A stretch of 28,297 nucleotides of DNA from a virus (Duplodnaviria > Caudoviricetes): positions 1-28,297 of the IMG/VR virus record IMGVR_UViG_3300038393_001691. One strand, written 5' to 3'. Positions 9,295 to 18,567 of the stretch are shown piece by piece (within the stretch, counting starts at the first letter, position 1; each line of letters starts with the position of its first letter). Position numbers and translations under genes: made by a program. The notes beneath the pieces were generated by a model that searched no databases, had not been told where the DNA came from, and was given only the letters and a program-made list of their open reading frames with translations.

Positions 9295-9707
9295 GCGTGC
9301 AGGCGGTGGTGATGCCGGACGTCGAGCAGGTGGCCGTCGACTACCTGCGCAGCGTGCTGCCGTCCGGCACGAATGTCGGCACCGAGTGGCCGGCTGATCT
9401 CACCTCGCACCTGGCTGCCGGCGTGGTGTCGGTGACCCTCGGCGGCGGCGGGTCGCGGCAGAAGCCGGTGACCGCGGACCGAACCCTCGACATCGACGTC
9501 TTCGCCGCCGACAAGGGGCAGGCCCGCGACCTGGCCGCGACAGTCTCAGCGCAGCTGATCGCCGCGCAGGGCACCACGCAGGGCGCGGCCCGCATCTACG
9601 GCGTGGACGAGACGAGCCTGATCTGGCTGCCGTACCAGGCGTCGGCTGAGACGGACACGATTCCGCGGTACGTGCTCGTGATGAGCATGGTCATCCGCCC
9701 CGCATAG
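9291..9707 (+). CDS. Tail terminator protein
   Basis: MPDVEQVAVDYL, LDIDVFA...ARDLA, PRYV motifs; directly before the major tail gene. Confidence 0.8.
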   Translation: MSVQAVVMPDVEQVAVDYLRSVLPSGTNVGTEWPADLTSHLAAGVVSVTLGGGGSRQKPVTADRTLDIDVFAADKGQARDLAATVSAQLIAAQGTTQGAARIYGVDETSLIWLPYQASAETDTIPRYVLVMSMVIRPA

Positions 9708-9790
9708 CTCGACCAACCCGCACCCCTACCTGACCATTCACCCGTCGGCGTCCGGCCGTGCGGGTCCTCGCTATGCCTGGAGGCAACCCG

Positions 9791-10351
9791 ATGGCGAACG
9801 ACGCCGACAACGTGCGAGTGGGCCTCAACGGCTCCGTGTACATCGCCCCGAAGGGCACCACCGCCCCCACCGACCTGGACTCTGCCTGGGGTGCGGGCTG
9901 GGTGGATCTCGGCTACCTGTCCGACGACGGCGTGGAGATGTCGTACTCGACGGACACGCAGGACATCAACGCCTGGCAGTCCCTCTCCCCGGTGCGGAAG
10001 GTTCTGACCGGCGTGGACATGACGCTGGGCTTCACCTGCATCGAGTTGAAGACCAGCACGATCACCCTGTACTTCCCCAGCGCGACGATGACGGACGTGG
10101 CGACGGGCGTGCACAAGCTCGCCATTCCGGCGGCGCCGTCCCCGGACGAGCGGGCGATCGGCCTGGAGTGGATCGACGGCACCGTCAAGAACCGCCTGAT
10201 CATCTCTCGTGGCGAGGTCACCAACCGCGACTCGATCACCCTGGCCCGCTCGGGCGCGGTGCAGCTCCCGATGACCGTGTCCGCCTACGCCGACACCGCA
10301 CCCGAGATCGCGGTGTGGCTGTCCAGCGACCCGGCCTGGGCCGCGGCGTAA
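9791..10351 (+). CDS. Major tail (tube) protein
   Basis: GSVYIAPKGT, WVDLGYLSDDGV, INAWQS...VRK; RBS GGAGG. Confidence 0.92.
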   Translation: MANDADNVRVGLNGSVYIAPKGTTAPTDLDSAWGAGWVDLGYLSDDGVEMSYSTDTQDINAWQSLSPVRKVLTGVDMTLGFTCIELKTSTITLYFPSATMTDVATGVHKLAIPAAPSPDERAIGLEWIDGTVKNRLIISRGEVTNRDSITLARSGAVQLPMTVSAYADTAPEIAVWLSSDPAWAAA

Positions 10352-10359
10352 CACCTTCT

Positions 10360-10396
10360 CCCCGGCAGGCACGCAAGCGGGTCGCGCCTGCCGGGG
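10360..10396 (+). terminator. Stem-loop between the major tail and chaperone genes
   Basis: CCCCGGCAGGC (10360-10370) pairs with GCCTGCCGGGG (10386-10396). Confidence 0.55.
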
Positions 10397-10425
10397 TTCA
10401 ACCCGCGCACCCGCAGGAGAAAAAC

Positions 10426-10761
10426 ATGACCACCAGCAAGAAGCCCGCAGGCCGCGAAGTCGTCTCCCTCGACTCGCTCGCCAAGCAGAAGCGCGACGCG
10501 CTCCCGGAGCCCACGACGTTCGAGCTGAAAGGCGTGGAGTTCACGCTCCCGCCCATGCGCGAGCTGCCGTTCGAGATGCAGGAGCGGGTCGGCGACCTCA
10601 ACAACATCCCCGGCGTGATGCGCGACGTCCTCGGCACCGAGAAGCTGCAGGAGATGTACACCGCCGGCTACACGTTCCTCGACATCGAGCTCATCGCGCA
10701 GGAGTGGCAGAAGCGCAGCGGGCTGGAGCCGGGGGAATCGCCGGCCTCCGCCGCCTCCTAG
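10426..10761 (+). CDS. Tail assembly chaperone (gpG-like)
   Basis: ATG 10426 after AGGAG; lies between major tail and tape measure; ends ...GLEPGESPASAAS. Confidence 0.88.
   Translation: MTTSKKPAGREVVSLDSLAKQKRDALPEPTTFELKGVEFTLPPMRELPFEMQERVGDLNNIPGVMRDVLGTEKLQEMYTAGYTFLDIELIAQEWQKRSGLEPGESPASAAS
10731..10737 (+). other. -1 programmed frameshift slippery site G-GGG-GAA
   Basis: CCG GGG GAA TCG near the end of the chaperone gene; the overlapping ORF 10704-11174 is in the -1 frame; GGGGGAA is a known actinophage chaperone slippery sequence. Confidence 0.88.
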
Positions 10762-11174
10762 AGGAGCACGGGGAGGCCGTCGAGTGGGACATGGCCCGGT
10801 ACTGGCCGGGCCGGTCCCTGCTGGAGCTGTACCGCGGCCAGATGTCGTGGCGCGAGCTGCGGGTCTTCCTCAGGTATCTGCCGCCGGATTCGGCGACCGC
10901 GCGTGCGGTGCGCGGGTCAACCCCGGAAGAGGACGCCTGGACGCTCGACCGGCACCTGCTCGCCGCGGCCGTCGACGCGATCCGCGAGAACACGTTCGCC
11001 ACGGTCAAGCTCGGCGGCGACCCGAAGAAGACGGGCCGCCTGCGGCCACCGGATCCCATCCCTCGCCCGGGTGTCGCGTCGAAGAAGAGCAACGTCATCC
11101 GCTTCGGTGGCCGTCACGGCTCCGGGGCAGCACAACTGGCGGCCGTGTTCGGAAGGCCCGCCGCGAACCAGTGA
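10731..11174 (+). CDS. Tail assembly chaperone frameshifted extension (gpGT-like; fusion spans 10426-11174)
   Basis: -1 frame GIAGLRRLLEEHGEAVEWD...LRYLPPDSATARA...PDPIPRPG. Confidence 0.85.
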   Translation, partial: GGIAGLRRLLEEHGEAVEWDMARYWPGRSLLELYRGQMSWRELRVFLRYLPPDSATARAVRGSTPEEDAWTLDRHLLAAAVDAIRENTFATVKLGGDPKKTGRLRPPDPIPRPGVASKKSNVIRFGGRHGSGAAQLAAVFGRPAANQ

Positions 11175-11186
11175 CGGGGGTGCGCG

Positions 11187-14100
11187 GTGGCTGCTGGTGG
11201 CGGTGTTCTGGTCGGACGGGGCTACGTGTCGATCCGGCCCGAGTTCGAGGGCGACTGGTCTCGGAGCATCAACGCGCGCGCGTCGAGCGCGGGCCGCTCC
11301 GGGGCCAGCGCCTTCGGCAAGGCGTTCTCCGTGGGCCTCAAGAGCATCGGCGCACTGGCCGGTGTGGCAATCGCTGCGAACCTGTCGTCGGCGGCGGCCG
11401 GCGCTGCCGCCTTGGCCCCTGCTCTTGCTACTGCGGGTGCGGCGGCCGGGGCTCTCAAGCTGGGGCTGAGTGGTGTCGGGGACGCCTTCAAGCAGGCGTT
11501 CGCCGACCACACTGCCGACGCCCGCGCGGCCGCCTCGGCGACGAAGGCCGTGGAGTCGGCGCAGCGCGGTCTCGCCAACGCTCAGCGGGCGCTCGCGGAC
11601 GCGCGCGTGCAGGCAGCACGGCAGGTAGCGGATGCCCAGAAGCAGGTCGAGTCCGCCGAGCGCGATCTCACGGACGCTCAGCGCAACGCCCGGGATGTCC
11701 AGGCCGAACTGAACGGCGCCCGCGAGGAGGCCGCCCGCGCGCTGGAGGACATGAACACGCGGCTCAAGGAGTCGCAGCTCGACGAGCGGGACGCCGTTCT
11801 GCGACTCACGGACGCGCAGAAGGCTCTCGCCGCCGCACAGAAGAAGCCGGGCGTCACCCCGGAGGAGCTGGCAAAGCTACAGCTGGCCTACGACCGGGCC
11901 AAGCTGAACCTGCAGGAGCAGCAGACCGAGACGAAGCGACTCCAGGAAGACACCGCCAAGGCGAACAAAGCCGGCGTCGAGGGATCCCAGCAGGTACTCG
12001 ACGCGAAGAAGAAGATCTCCGACGCCAACCAGACTGTCTCCGACAAGGAGCGGGCCCTCGCGGACGCGCAGGCCGGTGTCGTGCAGGCGCAGCAGGATGG
12101 CGCACGGCAGATCGCGGACGCGCAGCGTGGTGTCGCCGAGGCCGCCCAGGCGGTCGCTGAGGCACAGGCTGCTGCGGCGGCGCAGACGTCGAAGTTCGAT
12201 CAGGCGATGTCCAAGCTGTCGCCGAACGCGCAGAGCTTCGTCAAGACGATCCAGGGACTGGCACCCGCGTGGACGGCGATGCGGCTCGACGTCCAGAACG
12301 CCCTCTTCCAGGGCCTGGACAGCACCGTGAAGACGCTGGCCGGGGCAACGATCCCCGTCCTGCAGAAGCGCCTGACGGAGACCGGCGGGATCTGGAACAG
12401 CATCGCGAAGTCGGCGTCCGGCGCCGTCACCGACATGGCCAAGAGCGGCATGCTCGACCAGATCCTCAAGGGCGCCAACGACAACCTGAGGGTGTTCAAG
12501 GACACCCCGAAGCAGATCATCACCGCGTTCGGACAGCTCACCGTCGCAGCTCAGCCCGCGTTCAACCAGTTGCTGACGCAGTTCGCCGACGCCATCAAGG
12601 CATTCACCGACGGCATCGCGGCGAGCTTCAAGAGCGGCGGCCTGCAGGACGCCATCAACACTGCGTTCGGCATCCTGTCGTCGTTCGGCACCGTGCTGGG
12701 CAACGCCCTCGGTGTCGTCACCCAGATCTTCAAGGCCGCCTCCGACGCGGGCGGTCAGATCGTCGGCGTGCTCGGAGCCGTGTTCGGCGAGCTCAAGACG
12801 ATCCTGGCCGCGCCGGAAATGCAGGCCAGCCTGCGCACTCTGTTCGCCAGCGTGGCGCAGATCGTCGGTGCGATCGTCCCCGTCATCGGGTCGGTCGTGC
12901 AGGCGGTCGTGCCGCTGCTGGCCGCGGTCGCCCCGTTCGTCGCTCAGCTCGCCCAGGCCCTCGGCCCGGTCCTGCAGCAGCTGGCGACGACGCTCGGTGC
13001 TGCCCTGATGCCGATCATTCAGGCGCTCGGCCCGGTCCTCGTCACGGTCGGCACGGCGATCATCCAGATCGTCCAGGCCGTGATGCCGCTGCTCCAGCCG
13101 ATCGCCACCCTGATTGCGTCCGTCATCAACGCGCTGGCGCCCGCCCTCACGCCCATCATCGACGTGGTGGTGCAGCTGGTAGGCGTGCTCGTCGGCCCGC
13201 TCACCCAGGTAGTCCAGGCGCTCACCCCTGCCCTGATCACGATCGGCCAGATCATCGCGCAGGTGTTCCAGGCGCTGGAACCGTTCCTCGTTCCTCTCGC
13301 TGATCTGATCGGGCAAGTCGCCGGGCTGATCGCCAATGTGTTCGCGTCGGCGCTCACGCAGCTCATGGGGGCGCTGCAGCCGCTGATCCCGGTGGGGATG
13401 CAGCTCGTCACCACCGTGCTGGACGCGCTCACCCCGATCCTGCCGACCATTGGCGAGGCGTTCGGGGTCATCGCCCAGGCGCTGCTGTCCCTGATCGGAC
13501 CGCTGACGAAGGTGTGGGGTTCCCTCGCACAGCAGCTGGCCCCGATCCTGGGGCAGATCGCACCCCTGCTGGGGCAGCTGGCGGGGCTCCTGGCCGGCGC
13601 TCTGGCCCAGATACTGCCGCCTCTGGCGGAGGCCTTCCTCACGCTGGTGGATGCCCTTCTGCCGATCTTTCCGTTGGTCGGGCAGATCGCCGGGATGATG
13701 CTGGAGATGGCGTCAGGTGTGCTGATGCAACTTCTGCCGTCGATCCTGCAGCTCGTCCAGGCCGGAGTTCAGCTGGCGTTGGCGCTGCTGCCGATCGTTC
13801 CGCCGCTGGCCCAACTGGTCGGGCTGGTCGTGGAGCTGGCCGTGAATGTCCTGTCGTGGCTGCTGCCACCGATCATCCGGCTGGCCAACTTCCTCACGGT
13901 CCAGTTCGCGGACGCATTGTCCGTCGGCGTCAGCGCGGTCGCAGGCCTGATCACTGTGGTCGCCGACCTGGTCACCTGGCTGACGAAGAATCTCGGCCCA
14001 GCCTTCCAGTGGCTGAACGACAAGGTGATCCAGCCGGTATGGAAGGCCGTCAGCACGGCCACCAAGGCACTGTGGGACTACGGCATCAAGCCCCCGTTCA

Positions 14101-15476
14101 CCGCCATCAAGGATGGCCTCGTCGGCGTCGGCAACACCGTCAAGTGGTTCCACGACAAAGTCGTCAAGCCCGTCTGGAACAACGTCAGCGGGACCATCGA
14201 CGGCATCTGGAAGCACGGCATCAGGCCCGCCTTCGACTCGCTGACGGCCGCGATCGGCAACGTCGCGAAGGCATTCAAGGACGCGGCGACCGCGATCGGC
14301 AAGAACTGGTCGAAGATCAAGGACGCGACCAAGTCGCCGATCAACTTCGTCTTGAACACCGTCTGGAACAACGGCGTCGTGTCCGCGTGGAAGAGCATCC
14401 GCAAGTGGGTCCCCGGCCTGCCGAAGCTCGACACGCTGCCGCTGCTCGCCCAGGGCGGCATGCTGCCCGTACAGCCGGGCGTCTTCAACTCGCCGACGGC
14501 CATCGTCGGTGAGGGCGACCCGCGGTACCCGGAGTACGTCATCCCGACCGATCCTCGGTACCGGAAGCGAGCGCTGGCCCTGCACGCGGCGGCCGGCACT
14601 CAGCTCCTCGCCGACGGCGGCATCCTGGGTGACGTCTTCGGAGGGCTCAAGGACATCGGCGGGAAGATCGGGGGATTCCTCGGCGGCGCCACCAAGTTCC
14701 TCACCAACCCGAGCAAGGCTCTGGAAAGTCTCCTCGGCAAGCTCATCAAGCCGCTGAACGACATCAAGGACAGCGCCTGGGGCAAACTGGCGATCGGCCT
14801 ACCGAAGATGATTTTCGAAGGCCTAAAGGATCTCGTGTCCTTCGGTGGCAGCGGTGGTGGCGGCATCGGCGGAACGATCCCGAAGGGGCAGCGGCTGGCC
14901 GTCATCAGCCAGGCACTCGCCGCCGCCGGGGTCCCGCCGCCGGGCACACTGCCGCAGTGGCAGGCCGGCCTCAACACCCTCATCACGCGGGAGTCGGGGT
15001 GGAACCCGAAGGCGATCAACCTGACCGACAGCAACGCGAGGAAGGGCATCCCGTCCCAGGGCCTCGCGCAGACGATTCCCCCGACGTGGGCGCACTACGT
15101 GCCGAAGTCGCTGCGGTCGCGGGGCATCCTCGACCCGGTGGCGAACGTCGCGGCGGCCATCCGGTACATCGTGTCCCGCTACGGCAACATCACGCGGGTG
15201 CAGCAGGCCAACGCCAACCTGCCCCCGAAGGGCTACGACAACGGCGGCTGGCTGCAACCCGGCTGGAACTACAACGGGCTCGGCGTGCCAGAGGCGGTCC
15301 TCACCCCGCAACAGCTACGGGTCCTCGAGGGCGCTGCAGCTGTGGGCGTCACGGCGGCCGGCGGGTCGCCAGTCACCTACGTCATCAACGCGCGCACTGC
15401 TGATTTCACCGTCGCCGATCTGGACCGCGTACAGCGAGTCCAGGAGGCCAGAGCGAGGGTGGGGAGGCCGCGATAG
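11187..15476 (+). CDS. Tape measure protein with C-terminal lytic transglycosylase (SLT-like) domain
   Basis: 1429 aa; VGRGYVSIRP start, coiled coil, Leu/Pro amphipathic repeats, Trp-periodic repeats; LITRESGWNPKAIN...SQGLAQTI...AAAIRYIVSRYG. Confidence 0.95.
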   Translation: MAAGGGVLVGRGYVSIRPEFEGDWSRSINARASSAGRSGASAFGKAFSVGLKSIGALAGVAIAANLSSAAAGAAALAPALATAGAAAGALKLGLSGVGDAFKQAFADHTADARAAASATKAVESAQRGLANAQRALADARVQAARQVADAQKQVESAERDLTDAQRNARDVQAELNGAREEAARALEDMNTRLKESQLDERDAVLRLTDAQKALAAAQKKPGVTPEELAKLQLAYDRAKLNLQEQQTETKRLQEDTAKANKAGVEGSQQVLDAKKKISDANQTVSDKERALADAQAGVVQAQQDGARQIADAQRGVAEAAQAVAEAQAAAAAQTSKFDQAMSKLSPNAQSFVKTIQGLAPAWTAMRLDVQNALFQGLDSTVKTLAGATIPVLQKRLTETGGIWNSIAKSASGAVTDMAKSGMLDQILKGANDNLRVFKDTPKQIITAFGQLTVAAQPAFNQLLTQFADAIKAFTDGIAASFKSGGLQDAINTAFGILSSFGTVLGNALGVVTQIFKAASDAGGQIVGVLGAVFGELKTILAAPEMQASLRTLFASVAQIVGAIVPVIGSVVQAVVPLLAAVAPFVAQLAQALGPVLQQLATTLGAALMPIIQALGPVLVTVGTAIIQIVQAVMPLLQPIATLIASVINALAPALTPIIDVVVQLVGVLVGPLTQVVQALTPALITIGQIIAQVFQALEPFLVPLADLIGQVAGLIANVFASALTQLMGALQPLIPVGMQLVTTVLDALTPILPTIGEAFGVIAQALLSLIGPLTKVWGSLAQQLAPILGQIAPLLGQLAGLLAGALAQILPPLAEAFLTLVDALLPIFPLVGQIAGMMLEMASGVLMQLLPSILQLVQAGVQLALALLPIVPPLAQLVGLVVELAVNVLSWLLPPIIRLANFLTVQFADALSVGVSAVAGLITVVADLVTWLTKNLGPAFQWLNDKVIQPVWKAVSTATKALWDYGIKPPFTAIKDGLVGVGNTVKWFHDKVVKPVWNNVSGTIDGIWKHGIRPAFDSLTAAIGNVAKAFKDAATAIGKNWSKIKDATKSPINFVLNTVWNNGVVSAWKSIRKWVPGLPKLDTLPLLAQGGMLPVQPGVFNSPTAIVGEGDPRYPEYVIPTDPRYRKRALALHAAAGTQLLADGGILGDVFGGLKDIGGKIGGFLGGATKFLTNPSKALESLLGKLIKPLNDIKDSAWGKLAIGLPKMIFEGLKDLVSFGGSGGGGIGGTIPKGQRLAVISQALAAAGVPPPGTLPQWQAGLNTLITRESGWNPKAINLTDSNARKGIPSQGLAQTIPPTWAHYVPKSLRSRGILDPVANVAAAIRYIVSRYGNITRVQQANANLPPKGYDNGGWLQPGWNYNGLGVPEAVLTPQQLRVLEGAAAVGVTAAGGSPVTYVINARTADFTVADLDRVQRVQEARARVGRPR

Positions 15477-16439
15477 ATGCCGCTCATTACTGCGCCGGTC
15501 ACCACCCCGCCGGACACCGGGGAACCGCCCGGCGTACCAGTACCACTGCCGGAGATCGGGTACGCGACCGTAACGTACACCGACCCCTCGGGCACGGTCT
15601 GGCCGCTCACCGACCGGGAATCAGGCTGGTTCACGCTTGCGGACGGCGTCAGCGGGCTGGGGGCCGCTCCGTATGAGCTGACCTCGGACCCGCACCCGCG
15701 CGGTGGTGCGCGGCTGCGGCACGCGCAGCCGCAGCCGCGCACCATCGTGTGGCCGCTGTTCGTGCAGGGCGCCACCCACCTGGAGTTCATCGCGCGCTGG
15801 CGGGCGCTGGCAACGGCGTTCACGCGCACGCTGCGCGAGGGGGCCGGCACTCTTGAGATCGCCCGACCGGACGGCACCCGCCGCCGCATCAGCGTCATCT
15901 ACCAGGAAGGGTTCGACGGACAGGCGAAGCAGGGCTCCTACCGCGACACGGACAGCGCCGTGCTCACCCTGTGGTGCGAGGACCCGTACTGGTTCGACCC
16001 CGATCCCGTGGTGGTGCACCGCGAGCAGGGCGCCGGCAGCAGCTTCTTCACTCCGTACCCGACGGTGTCCTCCTCACAGGTGCTCGGCGCTACCACCGTG
16101 ACGAGCCCCGGCGACGTCGTGGTGTGGCCGACCTGGACCATCACCGGTCCCGCATCACTGATCACCTTCACTCATCAGGGCACAGGCGAAGCTTTCACCC
16201 TGAATCCCACGTCGGTCGGTCACGGCAACCTCCTCGCGGGCGAGAAAGTCACGATCCGCACGGATCCGCCGCAGGTCCGCTACCAAGACGACTCCAACTG
16301 GATTGGGGCCCTCAACTGGCCATCTGCCGTGCTGTGGGGCCTGAAGCCGGGCGACAACCCGGTCACCTTCACCCTGTCGGGATCCGGCCCAGGCTCGGCG
16401 GTCGACCTGTCCTTCAACCCGCGGTACGAGACCGCCTGA
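15477..16439 (+). CDS. Distal tail protein (Dit-like minor tail)
   Basis: Follows the tape measure; LWCEDPYW, GDVVVWPTWTITGP, LWGLKPGDN motifs. Confidence 0.85.
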   Translation: MPLITAPVTTPPDTGEPPGVPVPLPEIGYATVTYTDPSGTVWPLTDRESGWFTLADGVSGLGAAPYELTSDPHPRGGARLRHAQPQPRTIVWPLFVQGATHLEFIARWRALATAFTRTLREGAGTLEIARPDGTRRRISVIYQEGFDGQAKQGSYRDTDSAVLTLWCEDPYWFDPDPVVVHREQGAGSSFFTPYPTVSSSQVLGATTVTSPGDVVVWPTWTITGPASLITFTHQGTGEAFTLNPTSVGHGNLLAGEKVTIRTDPPQVRYQDDSNWIGALNWPSAVLWGLKPGDNPVTFTLSGSGPGSAVDLSFNPRYETA

Positions 16440-16463
16440 TCTCGTAAGGAGGGCGGCTGTCGG

Positions 16464-17624
16464 GTGGCTGTGCAACTGCTCATCACCGACAAGAACCTCG
16501 CCGTGCAAGGCGACCCCCTCGACGGCTGGACAAACCTGGACGCGACGAAACAGTTCAACACGGCCGGATCGGGCAGCGTCGACGTACCAGCCCGACCTGA
16601 GGTCATGGCCCAACTGCAGCCCGGCAACCGCATGGTGGTCATCCGCGATGGCGTCATCTGGACCGCCGGCCCTATGGAGATCCCAACTGACTACCAATGG
16701 TCAGCGGAGACAGGAGACGGCGATCCAGGCACCGTCAGCATCAACTTCGCTGACGACCTTGCCACCGTCGCCGGATACATCACCTGGCCCAGCCCTGCGT
16801 CCGCGTGGTCGGCCCAGCTCGGGAGTACCTACCGCCAGTTCAACTCCACCAACGCGGAAACCATCATCCGGACGATCGTCAACGAGAACTGCGGACCGGG
16901 CGCACTCACGGCCCGCAGGATCCCGAACTTTGTCCTCGACACCCTCGCCGCCGTCGGCACGAACACAACGGTGAAGACACGGTTTGAGCCGGTACTGGAC
17001 GTGTGCCGGGCCGCCGCAAGCAGCGGCGGCGGTATCGGCTTCTACACCCGGCAGGACGCCGGGCAGATCAAGTTCGGCTGCTACACGCCCGCCGACAAAA
17101 CGTCCACCGCCCGGTTCTCCACAGGTCTCGGCAACCTCCGCTCCCTCGCCTACAAGCAGTCCGCACCGACGGTCACCCACGCACTTGTCGCAGGCAACGA
17201 GACCTCGGGCAGCACGGTGCGCACCTTCGTCGAGATTGGCGATACGACTGCGGCCAGCACCTGGTGGCGGGTGGAGAAGTACGTCGACGGAAACGCGGAC
17301 AACAACACCAACGGGGAGCTGACCACGGCCGGCAGCAACGAACTCGCTGAGGGCGCGGCGCCGGTGGAGCTAGCCACTGTCACGGTGGACACCGAAGACC
17401 TGCAAGCAGGGCGAGATTTCGGCCTCGGCGACCGTGTAGCGATCTCACTCCCGCACGGCTTGCAGGTAACCGACGTCGTCCGCGCTATCAACCTCCATGC
17501 CACTCCCGACAGCGGCGAACTGGTCACCTCCGTCGTCGGCTCGCAGAACGCCACCACAGACCCGCAAGTCGTGCGGCTCATCCGCACCCTGAACCGTCGG
17601 CTGGGCCGACTGGAAACGAGGTGA
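16464..17624 (+). CDS. Minor tail protein (tail hub, Gp37-like)
   Basis: FNTAGSGS, FSTGLGNL, GRDFGLGDRV, RRLGRLETR; RBS AAGGAGG. Confidence 0.82.
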   Translation: MAVQLLITDKNLAVQGDPLDGWTNLDATKQFNTAGSGSVDVPARPEVMAQLQPGNRMVVIRDGVIWTAGPMEIPTDYQWSAETGDGDPGTVSINFADDLATVAGYITWPSPASAWSAQLGSTYRQFNSTNAETIIRTIVNENCGPGALTARRIPNFVLDTLAAVGTNTTVKTRFEPVLDVCRAAASSGGGIGFYTRQDAGQIKFGCYTPADKTSTARFSTGLGNLRSLAYKQSAPTVTHALVAGNETSGSTVRTFVEIGDTTAASTWWRVEKYVDGNADNNTNGELTTAGSNELAEGAAPVELATVTVDTEDLQAGRDFGLGDRVAISLPHGLQVTDVVRAINLHATPDSGELVTSVVGSQNATTDPQVVRLIRTLNRRLGRLETR

Positions 17625-17628
17625 ACGC

Positions 17629-18567
17629 GTGGCACAGGACTCGTGGCCGTCACCGGCTCACAACGCCCGCGCGGTCAGTGACACCGAGTACGAGAAGATC
17701 GCTGCCAGGTTCAGCGACGACGGGGTATGGGGCACCCCATCCGACGCGGCGGTCGTCTCCGCCGGGATAGGCCGCTCTGTGGACGTGCGCGCCGGTGTGT
17801 ACGCGAGTGTGCGCGGTCATGCATGGTCGTCGGGCACCTCGGCAGTGAACCTCGCCGTCACTGCGAACAGCAGCGGGCAGAACCGTGTCGACCGCGTCGT
17901 GCTACGCCTCGACCGGTCCGACTGGACCGTGCGCGCGGTCGTCAAGACGGGCACCCCGGGATCCGGCGCCCCCGCCCTGTCGCAGTCGACGGGGGACACC
18001 GGCACATACGAGATCCCGCTCGCCGAGGTCACGATCGTGAGTGGGGCGAGCACGGTCACGGTGACCCGCAAAGAGCTGTACGTCGGTTCCCGGATCCGGC
18101 CGGCACTGGCCTCGTCTCGCAATCCGACGCCGTTCCCTGGTGAGATGGTGTTCGAGACCGACACGAAGCGCGTGCGGGTGTGGACCGGTAGCGCATGGCT
18201 CGGCATTTTCGAGGACTCGGGGATCATCACGGCCGACGCGAAATTGTCCGGGTGGGACATCACCGCGAGTACCGTCCTGCAGAAACGCAACGGGAACGTA
18301 CACCTGCGCATGGGGTCGTTCCAGCGCAACGGATCATTGGCCAGTACGGCCGAATCCCGCCTGCCCGTGCTGATCCCGGCCGCCTACCGGCACGCGACCC
18401 GCGATCAGATCGGTCTCGCCTACATCACCGGCGTTCAGATCGGCCGGTTCATCGTGTACTCGGCTGCCAGCGACCGCGCCGGGCAGGTGTGGCTCACGCA
18501 GCATCCCACCATGGCGACCGACGATTACGTACTGCCCCAATCGGGGCTTAGTTGGGTGGTGGACTGA
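17629..18567 (+). CDS. Minor tail / baseplate protein
   Basis: NRVDRVVLRLD, GTPGSGAPAL, YEIPLAEV, GEMVFETDTKRVRVWTGSAW. Confidence 0.78.
   Translation: MAQDSWPSPAHNARAVSDTEYEKIAARFSDDGVWGTPSDAAVVSAGIGRSVDVRAGVYASVRGHAWSSGTSAVNLAVTANSSGQNRVDRVVLRLDRSDWTVRAVVKTGTPGSGAPALSQSTGDTGTYEIPLAEVTIVSGASTVTVTRKELYVGSRIRPALASSRNPTPFPGEMVFETDTKRVRVWTGSAWLGIFEDSGIITADAKLSGWDITASTVLQKRNGNVHLRMGSFQRNGSLASTAESRLPVLIPAAYRHATRDQIGLAYITGVQIGRFIVYSAASDRAGQVWLTQHPTMATDDYVLPQSGLSWVVD

Noticed and set aside
12850-13900. Repetitive segment as a CRISPR array or diversity-generating repeat
   Set aside because: Degenerate protein-level tape-measure repeats; no identical DNA repeats with spacers and no cas or reverse transcriptase gene.
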